Source: Candidatus Lindowbacteria bacterium RIFCSPLOWO2_12_FULL_62_27
GTDB taxonomy: Bacteria; Lindowbacteria; 2-12-FULL-62-27
Length of the DNA stretch: 64,000 nucleotides
Assembly: GCA_001784175.1 (NCBI GenBank)
Contig: MFPR01000012.1
Coordinates: 1 to 64,000, forward strand
Direction: 5' to 3'
Positions within the stretch are counted from its first letter, which is position 1. Every line of letters starts with the position of its first letter. Shown in pieces: positions 25,940 through 36,273 of the stretch. The notes beneath the pieces are model-generated. The model saw nothing but the letters and a program-made list of their open reading frames with translations. It was not told the DNA's origin and ran no database searches. The position numbers and the translations under genes are program-made.

Positions 25940-27221
25940 GATAGGCCACCTGCATCTGCACCCGGCCGCCAAACGGCCAGAGGTCCGGCGCCACGCGGAC
26001 CTTCGCCCGCCCGCCGTCGTCGACCCATGTCCGGGTCCAGTCCGACTGCGCCCGGCGAAACACGTAGAGCGCGATCGTCGCCATCGCCATGAAGGCGATG
26101 AAACCCCAAGCGAAGGAATCGCTGTATTGTTTGGACAGCCCCATGGCGTTCGGGACGAGCCCGCCGCCCAGGCCCCCGATTTCGCCGATCATGCTGCCGG
26201 CCACGGCCGTCGTGACGGGCCAGCGAAGCGGCACGAGTTGAAAGAGCGCGCCGTTGCCCGCGCCGAAGGCGGCGAAGCAGACCATGAAGAGGGCCGTCGT
26301 CGCCACAAGGCCAAGATCGAAACTGGCCGTGAACATGCAGGCGATGATGACGCAGAACATCAGCGTCAGCGTGTTGATCCCGCCCCATCGGTCGCTCAGC
26401 CACCCGCCGAAAACGCGGATGCAACTGCCCATGAGCGCGGCCAGCATGGTGAGCTGTCCGGCCTCGACTTTCGACACGCCGAACTGGTCGTGGTAATAGG
26501 TCGGAAGAAAATTGGAAAGCCCGATGAATCCCCCGAAGGTGACGATGTACATCAGATTGAATACCCAGCCGTCCTTTTCCCACAAACACTCGAGGTGCTT
26601 CATCAACGACAAATGCTCGGTGTCCGGCGGTTCCTTGGCGAAGACGATCATGACGACGATGGGAAGCAGCATGAAGAGGGCGCCGAAGCCGTAGACAGCG
26701 CTCCAACCGTACTGCGCCGCCAGCGGCGGCGCGCAGAGGACCGCGAGAACGGTGCCGCTGTTGCCGGCGCCGGCGATGCCCATGGCCAGGCCCTTGTGCC
26801 GGGCCGGAAACCAGCCGGAGCCCAGCGACAGCGCCACGCCGAAACTCGCGCCGGCGATTCCGAGGAGCACGCCCATCCGGATGACTTCGGAGAACGTGTC
26901 GACCATGAAATAGCCGTAGAGCAGCGCGAAGAAAATGACGCTCATTTCCAGGAGCGCCGCGTTTTTCCGGCCGATGTACTGGGCCAGAATGCCGAGCGGA
27001 AACCGCATGAGCGCGCCGGACAGAATGGGAATGGAGATCATGAACCCCTTTTGCGCGGGCGACAAATGAAAGGTTTCGCTGATGAAGGGCGCCATCGCGC
27101 CGTTCAGGACCCAGATGGCGAAACAGAAATCGAAATACAGAAACGACGACCACAACGTCGGCGCATGGCCGGAGTTGAGGAACGCCCGGAAGTTGGTCGC
27201 GGACCTCTGAAGGAATCTCAT
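25929..27221 (-). CDS. narK: NarK/NasA-family MFS nitrate/nitrite transporter
   Basis: SGHAPTLWSSFLYFDFCFAIW; nitrate signature GIAGASFGVA...WFP...GLAMGIAGAGNSG; GAGNGALFQLVP; multiple TM helices. Confidence 0.9.
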   Translation of the reverse strand: MRFLQRSATNFRAFLNSGHAPTLWSSFLYFDFCFAIWVLNGAMAPFISETFHLSPAQKGFMISIPILSGALMRFPLGILAQYIGRKNAALLEMSVIFFALLYGYFMVDTFSEVIRMGVLLGIAGASFGVALSLGSGWFPARHKGLAMGIAGAGNSGTVLAVLCAPPLAAQYGWSAVYGFGALFMLLPIVVMIVFAKEPPDTEHLSLMKHLECLWEKDGWVFNLMYIVTFGGFIGLSNFLPTYYHDQFGVSKVEAGQLTMLAALMGSCIRVFGGWLSDRWGGINTLTLMFCVIIACMFTASFDLGLVATTALFMVCFAAFGAGNGALFQLVPLRWPVTTAVAGSMIGEIGGLGGGLVPNAMGLSKQYSDSFAWGFIAFMAMATIALYVFRRAQSDWTRTWVDDGGRAKVRVAPDLWPFGGRVQMQVAYHEF

Positions 27222-27222
27222 C

Positions 27223-27537
27223 TCAGGATTTCCCCCCGGTCCGGACGGTGTATGCCTCCCGCACGCTCTGGACAAAGACCTTGCCGTCGCCCGGCCGGCC
27301 CGTCCGGGCCTCCTCTTCGATCGCGCGCTTCGCGCGAGGGAAATCCTCGTCGGACACGGCCAGGAACAGCATGAGCTTGGACAGCTCATCGTAGTTGACC
27401 GAGCCGACCTGCACGCCGCGCTCCACGCCGTGGCCGAGCACCGGCAGCTTGGTCATGGCAAAAATTCCCTCCTTTTCGAGGCGGCCGATCACCTCGGCCT
27501 CCTTTTCCGGACGGATCACGGCTCTGATCAGTTTCAT
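27223..27537 (-). CDS. PII-family protein, NifI1-like with divergent effector loop
   Basis: MKLIRAVIRPEK...GHGVERG...YDELSK...ARTGRPGDGKVFV...YTVRTG. Confidence 0.9.
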   Translation of the reverse strand: MKLIRAVIRPEKEAEVIGRLEKEGIFAMTKLPVLGHGVERGVQVGSVNYDELSKLMLFLAVSDEDFPRAKRAIEEEARTGRPGDGKVFVQSVREAYTVRTGGKS

Positions 27538-28721
27538 ATCGCCACCACGCCCCGTTCGCTTGTGCTGACCCGCACGGCGTCTTCGGCGTCAAGGACAAAA
27601 ATCTTGCCGTCCCCGTATTCGCCTTTGCCGGTGCGGTTGGCCTTGATGAGGCTGCGGATCACACGCGGGACCTGGTTTTCCTCGACGAAGATATGAAACA
27701 ACTGTTTCGGCAAAAACTTGATGGCCGCATCGCCATCCTCCGGCGAGGGAAACTTGAGCCCGCGTTGCCGGCCTCGGCCCAGGACGGGGTAGGTGGTGAA
27801 CTGGTAGACGCCGTTTTCCTCAAGGGCCTTTTCCGTCTCCATTCGCCGGGTGGACCGGACGATGGCAACGATTTCCCGGAGAACGCCCGTTTGAGTTTTG
27901 ACCTCCGGATTCTGCGCCCGGACCGGACTGCCTGCTCGGGCGGTGATGGCGGGAGCCAGCGCGACGGGGACCGACTGCTTCAGCCCGTCCCCGGCCACGC
28001 CGACCCGGTCGGCGTCGGAGACGCCGGCACTTGGGGCGCCGGAGGCGCTGACCCGGCCGTTTCCCGCGTCTTCCGCCGGCGGCGGCGGATCGCCGGCCCG
28101 CCCGGGCGGAAGATCAATGTTGTATTTCTGTGTCCATGTGGAATTAAGTTTTGCGCTGGGGCTCTGGCCCAAAAGGCGCTTGATGCCGCACGGATCGTAT
28201 CGAAACGCGCGGACGGACCCGACCCATTTGACGCTCTTGTACCCTTGGAGAAACGGCACCACGAGCCGGAGGGGACCGCCGTGCTGAATCGGCAGCGGCG
28301 CGCCGTTCATGCCGTATGCGAGGAGGACCCGGGGATCGCGGGCTTCGCCGCGGGACAGCGTTTCAAAATAGACGCCATCCCGGGAATAGAATGCATAGTA
28401 GCCGTCGGGGCTGGTTTCGATTTTGAGAAAGTCGAGCACGTCCGCCAGCCGGACGCCCTCCCACTCCACCTCCTGGGACCAGTTGAATATCTGGCAGATG
28501 AGCGGCAGCTTGAGCTTGACGCGCGGCAGGTCCGCAACGGTCTTCCAGGAAATGGACCGCGGCTGCTCCTCAAGGCCGCACACGAACAGCCGGAGGTCAT
28601 TCAGTTCCTGCGGCGCCGGAATCGGATACAGGCACAACACCGGCAGCGGATCGGCTTCAAAGTCGATCTTGAAGAACTTGTCCGCAAACTTCGGATATAA
28701 AACCCCTTCCCGTACGCTCAT
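27534..28721 (-). CDS. Sulfite-oxidase-family molybdopterin oxidoreductase domain fused to a C-terminal NifI2-like PII domain
   Basis: LICQIFNWS (Mo-ligating Cys), WEGVRLADVL, LLAYGMNGAPLPIQHGGPLRLVVP..GYKSVKW; Pro/Ala linker; LREIVAIVR...GRGRQRG...FLPK...NRTG..YGDGKIFV. No Tat or Sec signal. Confidence 0.88.
   Translation of the reverse strand: MSVREGVLYPKFADKFFKIDFEADPLPVLCLYPIPAPQELNDLRLFVCGLEEQPRSISWKTVADLPRVKLKLPLICQIFNWSQEVEWEGVRLADVLDFLKIETSPDGYYAFYSRDGVYFETLSRGEARDPRVLLAYGMNGAPLPIQHGGPLRLVVPFLQGYKSVKWVGSVRAFRYDPCGIKRLLGQSPSAKLNSTWTQKYNIDLPPGRAGDPPPPAEDAGNGRVSASGAPSAGVSDADRVGVAGDGLKQSVPVALAPAITARAGSPVRAQNPEVKTQTGVLREIVAIVRSTRRMETEKALEENGVYQFTTYPVLGRGRQRGLKFPSPEDGDAAIKFLPKQLFHIFVEENQVPRVIRSLIKANRTGKGEYGDGKIFVLDAEDAVRVSTSERGVVAI
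28011..28059 (+). repeat. 49-bp double-hairpin repeat, copy 1 (in-frame in the Mo-PII linker)
   Basis: GGCGTCGGAGACGCCGGCACTTGGGGCGCCGGAGGCGCTGACCCGGCCG. Confidence 0.9.
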
Positions 28722-28789
28722 GCTTCTCCCTCAACTCCCGTAGTGTCGCCGGACCGCGCAGGGCGGCCGGGTTTCAAAAAACAGATCAA

Positions 28790-28880
28790 TTTGTATCCAA
28801 AATAGAGCCGATTGTCAAGCAAAATATTAAAAAAATTATTATATGTACAAACGCCATCATATAACTAAACGTTTGTTTAG
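28790..28880 (-). promoter_or_regulatory. AT-rich promoter region of the nitrogen operon; TTGACA-17-TACAAA and upstream palindrome CTAAAC-N4-GTTTAG
   Basis: Read directly; the -10 box is imperfect. Confidence 0.4.
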
Positions 28881-28991
28881 AAAACTATTAATTTTTTAAA
28901 TAATTGTTTATTTCCGGTTGGGGATGACGGGGGTGAATGTAGCAATGTAGAAGAATGACACCTCGTCCTCGTCTCCTGGTCCTGGTCCGCA

Positions 28992-30245
28992 CTACCATAT
29001 CGGCCGGACGGCCAGGGTTTGATCCCGGTGCGCGCCCACGGACACGGCGGCCAGCGGTGTTCCGGACAGGGCGGCGACCAGGTCCAGGTACCGCCGGGCG
29101 GCCGGCGGGAGATTTTCGAATCGCCGGACGCCGGAAAGGTCTTCCTGCCAGCCTTCCGCCGTCGTGTACGTCACCGTGACCCGCGACAGGGCTTCGTGAT
29201 CCGCCGGAAATGCCGCAATCCTGGCGCCGTCGATTCGGTATTCGGTGGCGATGTGGAGCGGATGGATGCCCGTGAGGACGTCGAGTTTGGTGAGGACCAG
29301 CCCTGAAAACCCGTTCAGATCGCACGCGTACCGCAAGGCGACGGCGTCGAGCCACCCGCAGCGCCGGGGGCGGCCGGTCGTCGTGCCGTATTCGTTGCCG
29401 GCGGCGCGGACCCGGTCGCCGAGCTCGTTTTGAAGTTCGGTCGGAAACGGTCCCTGACCCACGCGGGTGGTGTAGGCTTTGCTCACGCCGAAAACGTTGC
29501 CGATCAAATTTGGCGGAATCCCCGCGCCGACCGCGACGCCGGCCGCGGTCGTGTAGGAGGAAGTGACGTACGGATAGGTTCCGGCGGAAAGATCGAGAAG
29601 CACCCCCTGCGCGCCTTCGAAAAGAACTCGCGAGCCTTCCTTAAGAGCCCCTCGAATCAAACGGCCCGTATCGGCGAGATAAGGCGCGAACCGGGCGCGC
29701 CAGGTTTGGAACACGTCCGGAATCGCCGATGCGTCCCAACCGACGTCGCGCACCTGATCCGGATGGGCGTTCCACAGAGCCGCGATGCGATCGAGGATCG
29801 CCGTGTCGCTGCGAAGATCGCCCGCCCTGATTCCGATGCGCGCCGAGCGGTCCGCATAGGCCGGGCCGATGCCCCGGGCCGTCGTTCCGATCATTCCACC
29901 GCCGGCATCGAGTTTTTTGTGATGCGGAAGCACCAGATGGGCGCGGTCGCTGATTTTGAGCCGGCCCGTGGGGTCGAGACCCGCCGACCGGAGCGTCTGA
30001 ATTTCCTCCCAGAGCGTGTCGAGATCGATCACCATGCCCTCGGCCAGGACGGAGGTGGCGCCGCGAATGACGCCGCTGGGCATGAGATGCAGTTTGAACG
30101 TGCGCGTTCCTGCGACGACGGTGTGGCCGGCGTTGGCCCCGCCCTGAAACCGCACGACCACGTCGGCATTCTCGCAGAGATAGTCCGTCACCTTGCCTTT
30201 CCCTTCGTCCCCCCACTGCGCGCCGATGATCGCGATGGACGGCAT
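28992..30245 (-). CDS. purA: Adenylosuccinate synthetase
   Basis: GAQWGDEGKGK, QGGANAGHT, EGAQG, GTYPYVTSS, EYGTTTGRPRRCGW. Confidence 0.97.
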   Translation of the reverse strand: MPSIAIIGAQWGDEGKGKVTDYLCENADVVVRFQGGANAGHTVVAGTRTFKLHLMPSGVIRGATSVLAEGMVIDLDTLWEEIQTLRSAGLDPTGRLKISDRAHLVLPHHKKLDAGGGMIGTTARGIGPAYADRSARIGIRAGDLRSDTAILDRIAALWNAHPDQVRDVGWDASAIPDVFQTWRARFAPYLADTGRLIRGALKEGSRVLFEGAQGVLLDLSAGTYPYVTSSYTTAAGVAVGAGIPPNLIGNVFGVSKAYTTRVGQGPFPTELQNELGDRVRAAGNEYGTTTGRPRRCGWLDAVALRYACDLNGFSGLVLTKLDVLTGIHPLHIATEYRIDGARIAAFPADHEALSRVTVTYTTAEGWQEDLSGVRRFENLPPAARRYLDLVAALSGTPLAAVSVGAHRDQTLAVRPIW

Positions 30246-30247
30246 CG

Positions 30248-33200
30248 TTATATTTTGACGGCATGCGGCCGTGAGATGTCCTGCAAGGCCTCCAGATCGA
30301 GCGTGCGGGTCTGGAGAGAGCGGATTCCGTCCACGGCGCGCCGGGCGGCGGCGACGGTGGTCATGACCGGGATCGAGGCGGCGATGACGGCGCGCCGGAT
30401 GAGCCGCGAATCCGATTGCGCGGCGGTGGACCGGAAGGTGTTGAACAGCATTTGAATTTTTCCGGCCCGAATCCATTCGATAATCCCGTCCGGTTTCATG
30501 CGTTTCGGCAGGACCCGGAGCGGCACGCCCCGCGCAGCGAGGTACGCGCCCGTTCCCTCCGTTGCGGCGAGCCTGAATCCCAGCCGGACGAGATCGCGGG
30601 CGATCGGTACAAACGCCTCTTTGTCCGGGTCCTTGACGCTGATCAGCACAAGGCCACGCGTGGGCAGGGGGAACCCGGACGATTCCTGGGATTTGGCGAA
30701 TGCCAATCCCGGATCCCGGCTGATGCCCATGACCTCCCCGGTCGACCGCATCTCCGGCCCCAGGCCGATATCGGTGTTGCTGAACTTGAGAAACGGCAGC
30801 ACGGCCTCCTTGACGCAACAGCGTGCCGGAAAATAGAGGCGTCGCGGGTCCAGAAGTTTTCCAAGCCGTTCGCCCATGATCACCCGCGTGGCGATGTCGA
30901 TCAGCGGAATGCCGGAGGCCTTGGACACGAACGGCACCGTGCGGGACGCGCGTGGATTCACTTCCAGGACATACAGCGAGCCGTTCTGCAGGGCGAACTG
31001 AACGTTCAAAAGGCCGCGCACGCGGAGCTTGCGGGCCAACGTGACCGTTGCGCGCTGAATGTTCCGGAGATGTTCGCGGGTCAGGGTGAGGGGCGGATAA
31101 AAAGAGGCCGAATCGCCGGAATGCACGCCGGCTTCTTCGACATGCTCCTCGATCCCGACCACCGCGCAGTCCCGGCCGTCGCTGACGGCATCGACGTCAA
31201 TTTCGATCGCGTCCCGGAGGTAGCGGTCGATCAGGATCGGCCGGCCCTCTGAAGTCTTGAGGGCCTCCGCGAGCGCCCCGTCAAGCCCCTCCGCGTCGAG
31301 GACAATCTCCATCGCGCGCCCGCCCAGCACATAGGAAGGCCGGACGAGAAGCGGGAATCCCATGCGCCGCGCAACCCGCCGGCCCTCCTCGATGGTTTTC
31401 ACCGACGCGTTTTCCGGCCGGATCAGTCCGGCGGCGTGGAGGACCGCATCGAATTTCTGCCGGTCTTCCGCGCGATCGATGTCTTCCTGCGCCGTGCCGA
31501 GGATCCGGACGCCCGCGCGGGCCAGGTCGTGGCTGAGGTTGAGCGGTGTCTGGCCGCCGAGCTGAATGATCACGCCGAGGGGGCGCTCGCGGTCCACGAT
31601 ATTGAGCACGTCCTCGGACGTGAGCGGCTCGAAATACAGCCGGTCGGACACGTACGGGTCCGTGCTGACCGTTTCCGGATTGCAATTCACGAGGACCGCG
31701 CGGTATCCCATGCGTTTCAGCGTAAGGACTGCGCGGACACAGCAGTAATCGAATTCGATTCCCTGGCCGATCCGGTTGGGCCCGCCGCCGAGGATCACCA
31801 CCGTCCTCCGGCCATGCCCCTCCGGGCGAGCCGGGACACCCTCATACGTCGAATAATAATATGGAGTGACAGAACGGAATTCGGCCGCGCAGGTGTCGAC
31901 GAGAGAATAGGCGGGCAGGACCCGATGCCGCTTCCGCTCCGCCCGGACACTCGCGGGTGTTCGGCCGGTGAGAAACGCGATCTGCGCGTCCGCGTATCCC
32001 CAGGACTTCGCCGTCCGGAACAGTTCGGGCGAAAACGCGCGGCGTCGGCCGGCGCGCAGACCCGACTCGAATTTCACCATCCGCCGAATATTATCGATAA
32101 ACCACGGGTCGATGCCGGAGGTGCGCGCGAGATGTTCCGGCCGGGCGCCCATCATCAGCGCATATTTGATCGCGAACAGGCGGTCGCAGTTGGGCGAAGA
32201 CACCTTGTAGAGCAAAATCTTGTACAGCCGGCGGAACGCCGCCGATGTCCGGCCCGACCGAATGGCCTTCATCACGTCGGGTTCCATCCCGCGGCCGTCG
32301 GCGCCCAGTCCCCACCGGCCGATCTCGAGTCCGCGAATGCCCTTCTGGAGGGACTCGCGGAAATTCCGGCCGATCGCCATCACTTCGCCCACCGATTTCA
32401 TCTGCGCGTTGAGCGTATCGTCGGCCGAAAGGAATTTTTCGAACGCGAACCGCGGGATTTTGGTGACGACATAATCGAGGGTAGGCTCGAAGGACGCGGG
32501 CGTAACGCGCGTGACGTCGTTCTGGATTTCGTCGAGCGTGTATCCGAGCGCGAGTTTGGTCGCGACCTTGGCGATCGGATACCCGGTGGCCTTGGAGGCG
32601 AGGGCGCTGGAGCGGGACACGCGCGGGTTCATTTCAATGACGAGACACCGGTACGTCCGCGGATGCAACGCGAACTGGATGTTGCACCCGCCGGTGTCGA
32701 CGCCGATTTCGCGGACAATTTTTTTCGCCGCGTCCCGCATCCGCTGAAAAACCGCGTCCGGCAGCGTCTGGGCCGGCGCGACGCAGACGCTGTCGCCGGT
32801 GTGAACGCCCATCGGATCGATGTTCTCGATCGAACACACGACGATGAAGTTGTCGGCGCAGTCCCGGATGACTTCCAGCTCGAACTCCTTCCAGCCCAGC
32901 ACCGACTCCTCCACCAGGACCTGGTGGACGGGACTCAGCCCAAGAGCGCGCGAGGCGAGGTCGACGAGTTCCCGAGGATTATGCGCGATGCCGGCGCCGG
33001 TGCCGCCGAGGGTGAAGGACGGGCGCAAGATCACGGGAAACCCGAGGCGGCGCGCGATCGATTGAACATCCCGCACGGACGACGCAACGCCGCTGGCCGG
33101 GACCTCGAGCCCGATTCGGATCATCGCCTGCTTGAACCGCTGCCGATCCTCCGCCTTTCGGATCGCTTCCACGCTCGCGCCGATGACCCGGACGCGGCGC

Positions 33201-33529
33201 CGCCGGAAAAATCCGGCGTCGGCCAGTTGCGTCACGAGGTTCAGCGCCGTCTGGCCGCCCATGGTCGGCAAAATTGCGTCGACCCGCTCCCGCGACACGA
33301 TGTGTTCCACCACCGCCGGATTCATCGGCTCGATGTACGTCCGGTCGGCGGTCTCGACGTCCGTCATGATGGTGGCGGGGTTGTTGTTGAGCAACACGAC
33401 CTTCAGCCCTTCCTCACGGAGCGCCCGGCACGCCTGGGAGCCGGAATAATCGAACTCGCACGCCTGGCCGATGACGATCGGCCCGGAGCCGATCAGGAGC
33501 ACGGTGTGAATGTCCGGTCGGCGGGGCAT
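30248..33529 (-). CDS. carB: Carbamoyl-phosphate synthase large subunit
   Basis: [58 protein letters not shown]. Confidence 0.97.
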   Translation of the reverse strand: MPRRPDIHTVLLIGSGPIVIGQACEFDYSGSQACRALREEGLKVVLLNNNPATIMTDVETADRTYIEPMNPAVVEHIVSRERVDAILPTMGGQTALNLVTQLADAGFFRRRRVRVIGASVEAIRKAEDRQRFKQAMIRIGLEVPASGVASSVRDVQSIARRLGFPVILRPSFTLGGTGAGIAHNPRELVDLASRALGLSPVHQVLVEESVLGWKEFELEVIRDCADNFIVVCSIENIDPMGVHTGDSVCVAPAQTLPDAVFQRMRDAAKKIVREIGVDTGGCNIQFALHPRTYRCLVIEMNPRVSRSSALASKATGYPIAKVATKLALGYTLDEIQNDVTRVTPASFEPTLDYVVTKIPRFAFEKFLSADDTLNAQMKSVGEVMAIGRNFRESLQKGIRGLEIGRWGLGADGRGMEPDVMKAIRSGRTSAAFRRLYKILLYKVSSPNCDRLFAIKYALMMGARPEHLARTSGIDPWFIDNIRRMVKFESGLRAGRRRAFSPELFRTAKSWGYADAQIAFLTGRTPASVRAERKRHRVLPAYSLVDTCAAEFRSVTPYYYSTYEGVPARPEGHGRRTVVILGGGPNRIGQGIEFDYCCVRAVLTLKRMGYRAVLVNCNPETVSTDPYVSDRLYFEPLTSEDVLNIVDRERPLGVIIQLGGQTPLNLSHDLARAGVRILGTAQEDIDRAEDRQKFDAVLHAAGLIRPENASVKTIEEGRRVARRMGFPLLVRPSYVLGGRAMEIVLDAEGLDGALAEALKTSEGRPILIDRYLRDAIEIDVDAVSDGRDCAVVGIEEHVEEAGVHSGDSASFYPPLTLTREHLRNIQRATVTLARKLRVRGLLNVQFALQNGSLYVLEVNPRASRTVPFVSKASGIPLIDIATRVIMGERLGKLLDPRRLYFPARCCVKEAVLPFLKFSNTDIGLGPEMRSTGEVMGISRDPGLAFAKSQESSGFPLPTRGLVLISVKDPDKEAFVPIARDLVRLGFRLAATEGTGAYLAARGVPLRVLPKRMKPDGIIEWIRAGKIQMLFNTFRSTAAQSDSRLIRRAVIAASIPVMTTVAAARRAVDGIRSLQTRTLDLEALQDISRPHAVKI

Positions 33530-33530
33530 G

Positions 33531-34682
33531 TCAGCGTTTCTTGCACATCGTAAGAAAGCGGTCGAAAAGGTCCAGACTGTCTCTCGGCCCGGGTGACGAC
33601 TCGGGGTGAAACTGGACGCCAAACGCCGCTTTCCCGGGAAACTCCAGGCCCTCCACCGTCCCGTCGTACAAACTCTCGTGGGTGATCCGGCATCCGCGCG
33701 AGGGCGGTCGGGGCATTCGCACGGAGAATCCGTGATTCTGGGTCGTGATGGCCACGCGGCCGTTCCCGGACGCGCGCACAGGATGATTGGCGCCGCGGTG
33801 GCCGAATTTGAGCTTGAACGTTTTCAATCCGCCGGCCAGCCCGAGGAGCTGGTGGCCGAGACAGATGCCGAACATCGGCGTTTTGCCGAGAAGGGCCCGG
33901 ATATGCCCGATGGGCTGACGCATGGCGGCCGGATCGCCCGGGCCGTTCGAAAGGAGCACGCCGTCGAGTCTCGCCGACAGGATGTCTACCGCCCGCGTCG
34001 ACGCGGGAACGCGCCAGACCGAGACGCCGCGCCGGAGCAGCTCGTTCACGATGCTCTGCTTGACGCCGTAATCGACGAGGGCGATCTTCAGTCCGGATTT
34101 TTTCTTCGGCAGATGCCAGCGCGGCCGTTTCAAGGTGACGCGCGGCGACAGATCCATGCCCGCCATGTCGGGCACGGCGGCCAACAACGCCCGCGCGCGG
34201 GCCGGCGGCGTTTCGATCGGCGCGAGGACGCCGTTTTGCGATCCCCCGTCACGCAGAAGTTCCGTGAGACGCCGCGTATCGACGCCGGTCAGACCCGGCA
34301 CGCCGGCCGAGCGCAGCGCCGCGTCGAGCGACAGGCGCGTTTGCGGATTGGAAAAAACGGGAGAGAGTTCCGAAACGATCAGCCCGACCACCTGGATTTT
34401 CCCGGACTCCATCCGGCGCCGTTCGAAACCGTAGTTGCCGATCAGGGGATTCGTCAGTACCAGGATCTGCCCGGCAAAGGATGGGTCCGTCAACGATTCC
34501 GTGTATCCGGTCATCGAAGTCGTGAACACCACTTCTCCTCCGGCCGGCGTCGGAGACGCCGGCACTTGGAGCGCCGGAGGCGCTGACCCGGCCGGCAGCC
34601 GGCGGCGGGCGCCAAAGACCACGCCCGGAAAAATCTCACCGGATTTCAGGACAAGCTTTGCCCGTCTTACGTCGAATTTCAA
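33531..34682 (-). CDS. carA: Carbamoyl-phosphate synthase small subunit (probable TTG start)
   Basis: [38 protein letters not shown]; carries a repeat-derived insertion near the N-terminus. Confidence 0.95.
   Translation of the reverse strand: MKFDVRRAKLVLKSGEIFPGVVFGARRRLPAGSAPPALQVPASPTPAGGEVVFTTSMTGYTESLTDPSFAGQILVLTNPLIGNYGFERRRMESGKIQVVGLIVSELSPVFSNPQTRLSLDAALRSAGVPGLTGVDTRRLTELLRDGGSQNGVLAPIETPPARARALLAAVPDMAGMDLSPRVTLKRPRWHLPKKKSGLKIALVDYGVKQSIVNELLRRGVSVWRVPASTRAVDILSARLDGVLLSNGPGDPAAMRQPIGHIRALLGKTPMFGICLGHQLLGLAGGLKTFKLKFGHRGANHPVRASGNGRVAITTQNHGFSVRMPRPPSRGCRITHESLYDGTVEGLEFPGKAAFGVQFHPESSPGPRDSLDLFDRFLTMCKKR
34546..34594 (+). repeat. 49-bp double-hairpin repeat, copy 2 (in carA, different reading frame)
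   Basis: One substitution vs copy 1 (TTGGAG vs TTGGGG); encodes [17 protein letters not shown]. Confidence 0.9.
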
Positions 34683-34706
34683 TTGGCCTCCCACCGGATC
34701 TCCCTG

Positions 34707-34747
34707 CCCCCTCACCCCCACCCTCTCCCCCTGCGGGGGAGAGGGGG
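34707..34747 (+). repeat. CCCTCACC-CCCTCTCCC REP-like element, guaA-carA intergenic
   Basis: ccccctcacccccaccctctccccctgcgggggagaggggg. Confidence 0.8.
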
Positions 34748-34755
34748 CTGAACAG

Positions 34756-36273
34756 CTACTCCCACTCGATGCTGGCGGGAGGTTTGGTTGAGACGTCGTA
34801 CAATACTCTGTTGACGCCCTTCACGCCGTTCAGAATCGCGTTCGAAATCTCCCGGAGAATGCCGTGCGGGAGATCCGCCCAGTCCGCCGTCATGGCGTCC
34901 TGGCTGATTACGCACCGGACCGAGAGCGCATACTCGTACGAACGCTCGTCGCCCTTGATGCCGACCGTCCGGACCGGCAGGAGCACGCACAAGGCCTGCC
35001 ATATTTTAGAATACCAGCCCCACTGCTTTAAAATCCGGATGAGAATCACATCGGCCTCACGCAGGATATCCAGTTTCTCCCCCGTCACGCAACCCGGGAT
35101 GCGGACCGCCAAGCCCGGCCCCGGAAAGGGATGCCGGCCAAGAATGTCGGGCGGGACGCCCAGGACTTTCCCAAGCTCGCGGACTTCGTCCTTGAACAAG
35201 TCGGAGAGCGGCTCGATGATTTTGCCCTCGCGTTTAAGCTCGAGAATTTTTCCGACGCGGTTGTGGTGCGTTTTGATCCTGGACGCAATCTCCGATCCGC
35301 TCGTGCCGCTCTCGATCACGTCCGGGTAGAGTGTGCCCTGGGCCAGAAGCTCAATGTGGCCGGCGGCCGCATGAAACTCGCGAACGAAGAGGTCGCCGAT
35401 GATCTCCCGCTTTTGTTCCGGATCGGCCACGCCGTCGAGCGCGGCCAGAAACCGCGCGCCCGCATCGATTTTCTCCACGCGGAGGCCAAGCGCCTCAAAG
35501 TTGCGGACGACCTCGCCGGCCTCGTTTTTCCGCAGAAGGCCCGTGTCGACGAGGATCGGCCGCATCCGGACGCCGGATTCGCGAAGCAGGACCGCGAGGA
35601 CCGTCGAATCGACCCCGCCCGAGACGGCGCAGACGACCTCGCGGCCCTTCACGACCTCGGGAATCGTCCGGAGGAGTTCGTTTTTGTAGGACGCGATGGA
35701 ATAATCGGGACTGAGGCGGCACAAGGAGAGAAAATTTCGCAGTATTTTTGTTCCTTCCTCCGTGTGGCTGACTTCGGGATGAAACTGAATCCCGTAGAAC
35801 CGCTCGTTCCACCGGATCGCCACCGGATGCTCGGTCGAGTTGCGCGCGAGGATGCGGCCATCGGCCGGCCACTCGGTGACGGTGTCGGAGTGGCTCATCC
35901 AGACGCGGAGGGTGCGGCCGAGGCCGTTGAAGAGGGTGTTGTTTTCGTCCACGTGAATCTGGGCCGGCCCGTATTCCCGGACGGCGCCGGCCGTCACCCG
36001 ACCCCCGAACCGGACGTTCAGCATCTGCATGCCGTAACAGATGCCGAGCACGGGCGCCTGGAGACTCTTGAGATACTCGAGATCCACGTCCGGCGCGTTC
36101 GGCTCGACGACGCTTCTCGGGCCGCCGGACAGAATCACGGCCGCCACCGGCCCGAGGCTCCGAATCTCCGAGGGCGGATACAGCCGCGCGAAGAATCCGA
36201 GTTCGCGGATCCGGCGGACGATCAGTTGAGAATACTGCGAGCCGTAATCGAGAACCGCGACCTGTGTTTTCAT
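34756..36273 (-). CDS. guaA: GMP synthase
   Basis: LDYGSQYSQLI, GICYGMQ, SGGVDS, QGTLYPDVIES, HPFPGPGL, KPPASIEWE. Confidence 0.97.
   Translation of the reverse strand: MKTQVAVLDYGSQYSQLIVRRIRELGFFARLYPPSEIRSLGPVAAVILSGGPRSVVEPNAPDVDLEYLKSLQAPVLGICYGMQMLNVRFGGRVTAGAVREYGPAQIHVDENNTLFNGLGRTLRVWMSHSDTVTEWPADGRILARNSTEHPVAIRWNERFYGIQFHPEVSHTEEGTKILRNFLSLCRLSPDYSIASYKNELLRTIPEVVKGREVVCAVSGGVDSTVLAVLLRESGVRMRPILVDTGLLRKNEAGEVVRNFEALGLRVEKIDAGARFLAALDGVADPEQKREIIGDLFVREFHAAAGHIELLAQGTLYPDVIESGTSGSEIASRIKTHHNRVGKILELKREGKIIEPLSDLFKDEVRELGKVLGVPPDILGRHPFPGPGLAVRIPGCVTGEKLDILREADVILIRILKQWGWYSKIWQALCVLLPVRTVGIKGDERSYEYALSVRCVISQDAMTADWADLPHGILREISNAILNGVKGVNRVLYDVSTKPPASIEWE

Noticed and set aside
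22398-28721. Nitrogen fixation inferred from NifI-like PII genes
   Set aside because: No nifH/D/K/E/N in the window; the neighbours are nitrate/nitrite assimilation genes.
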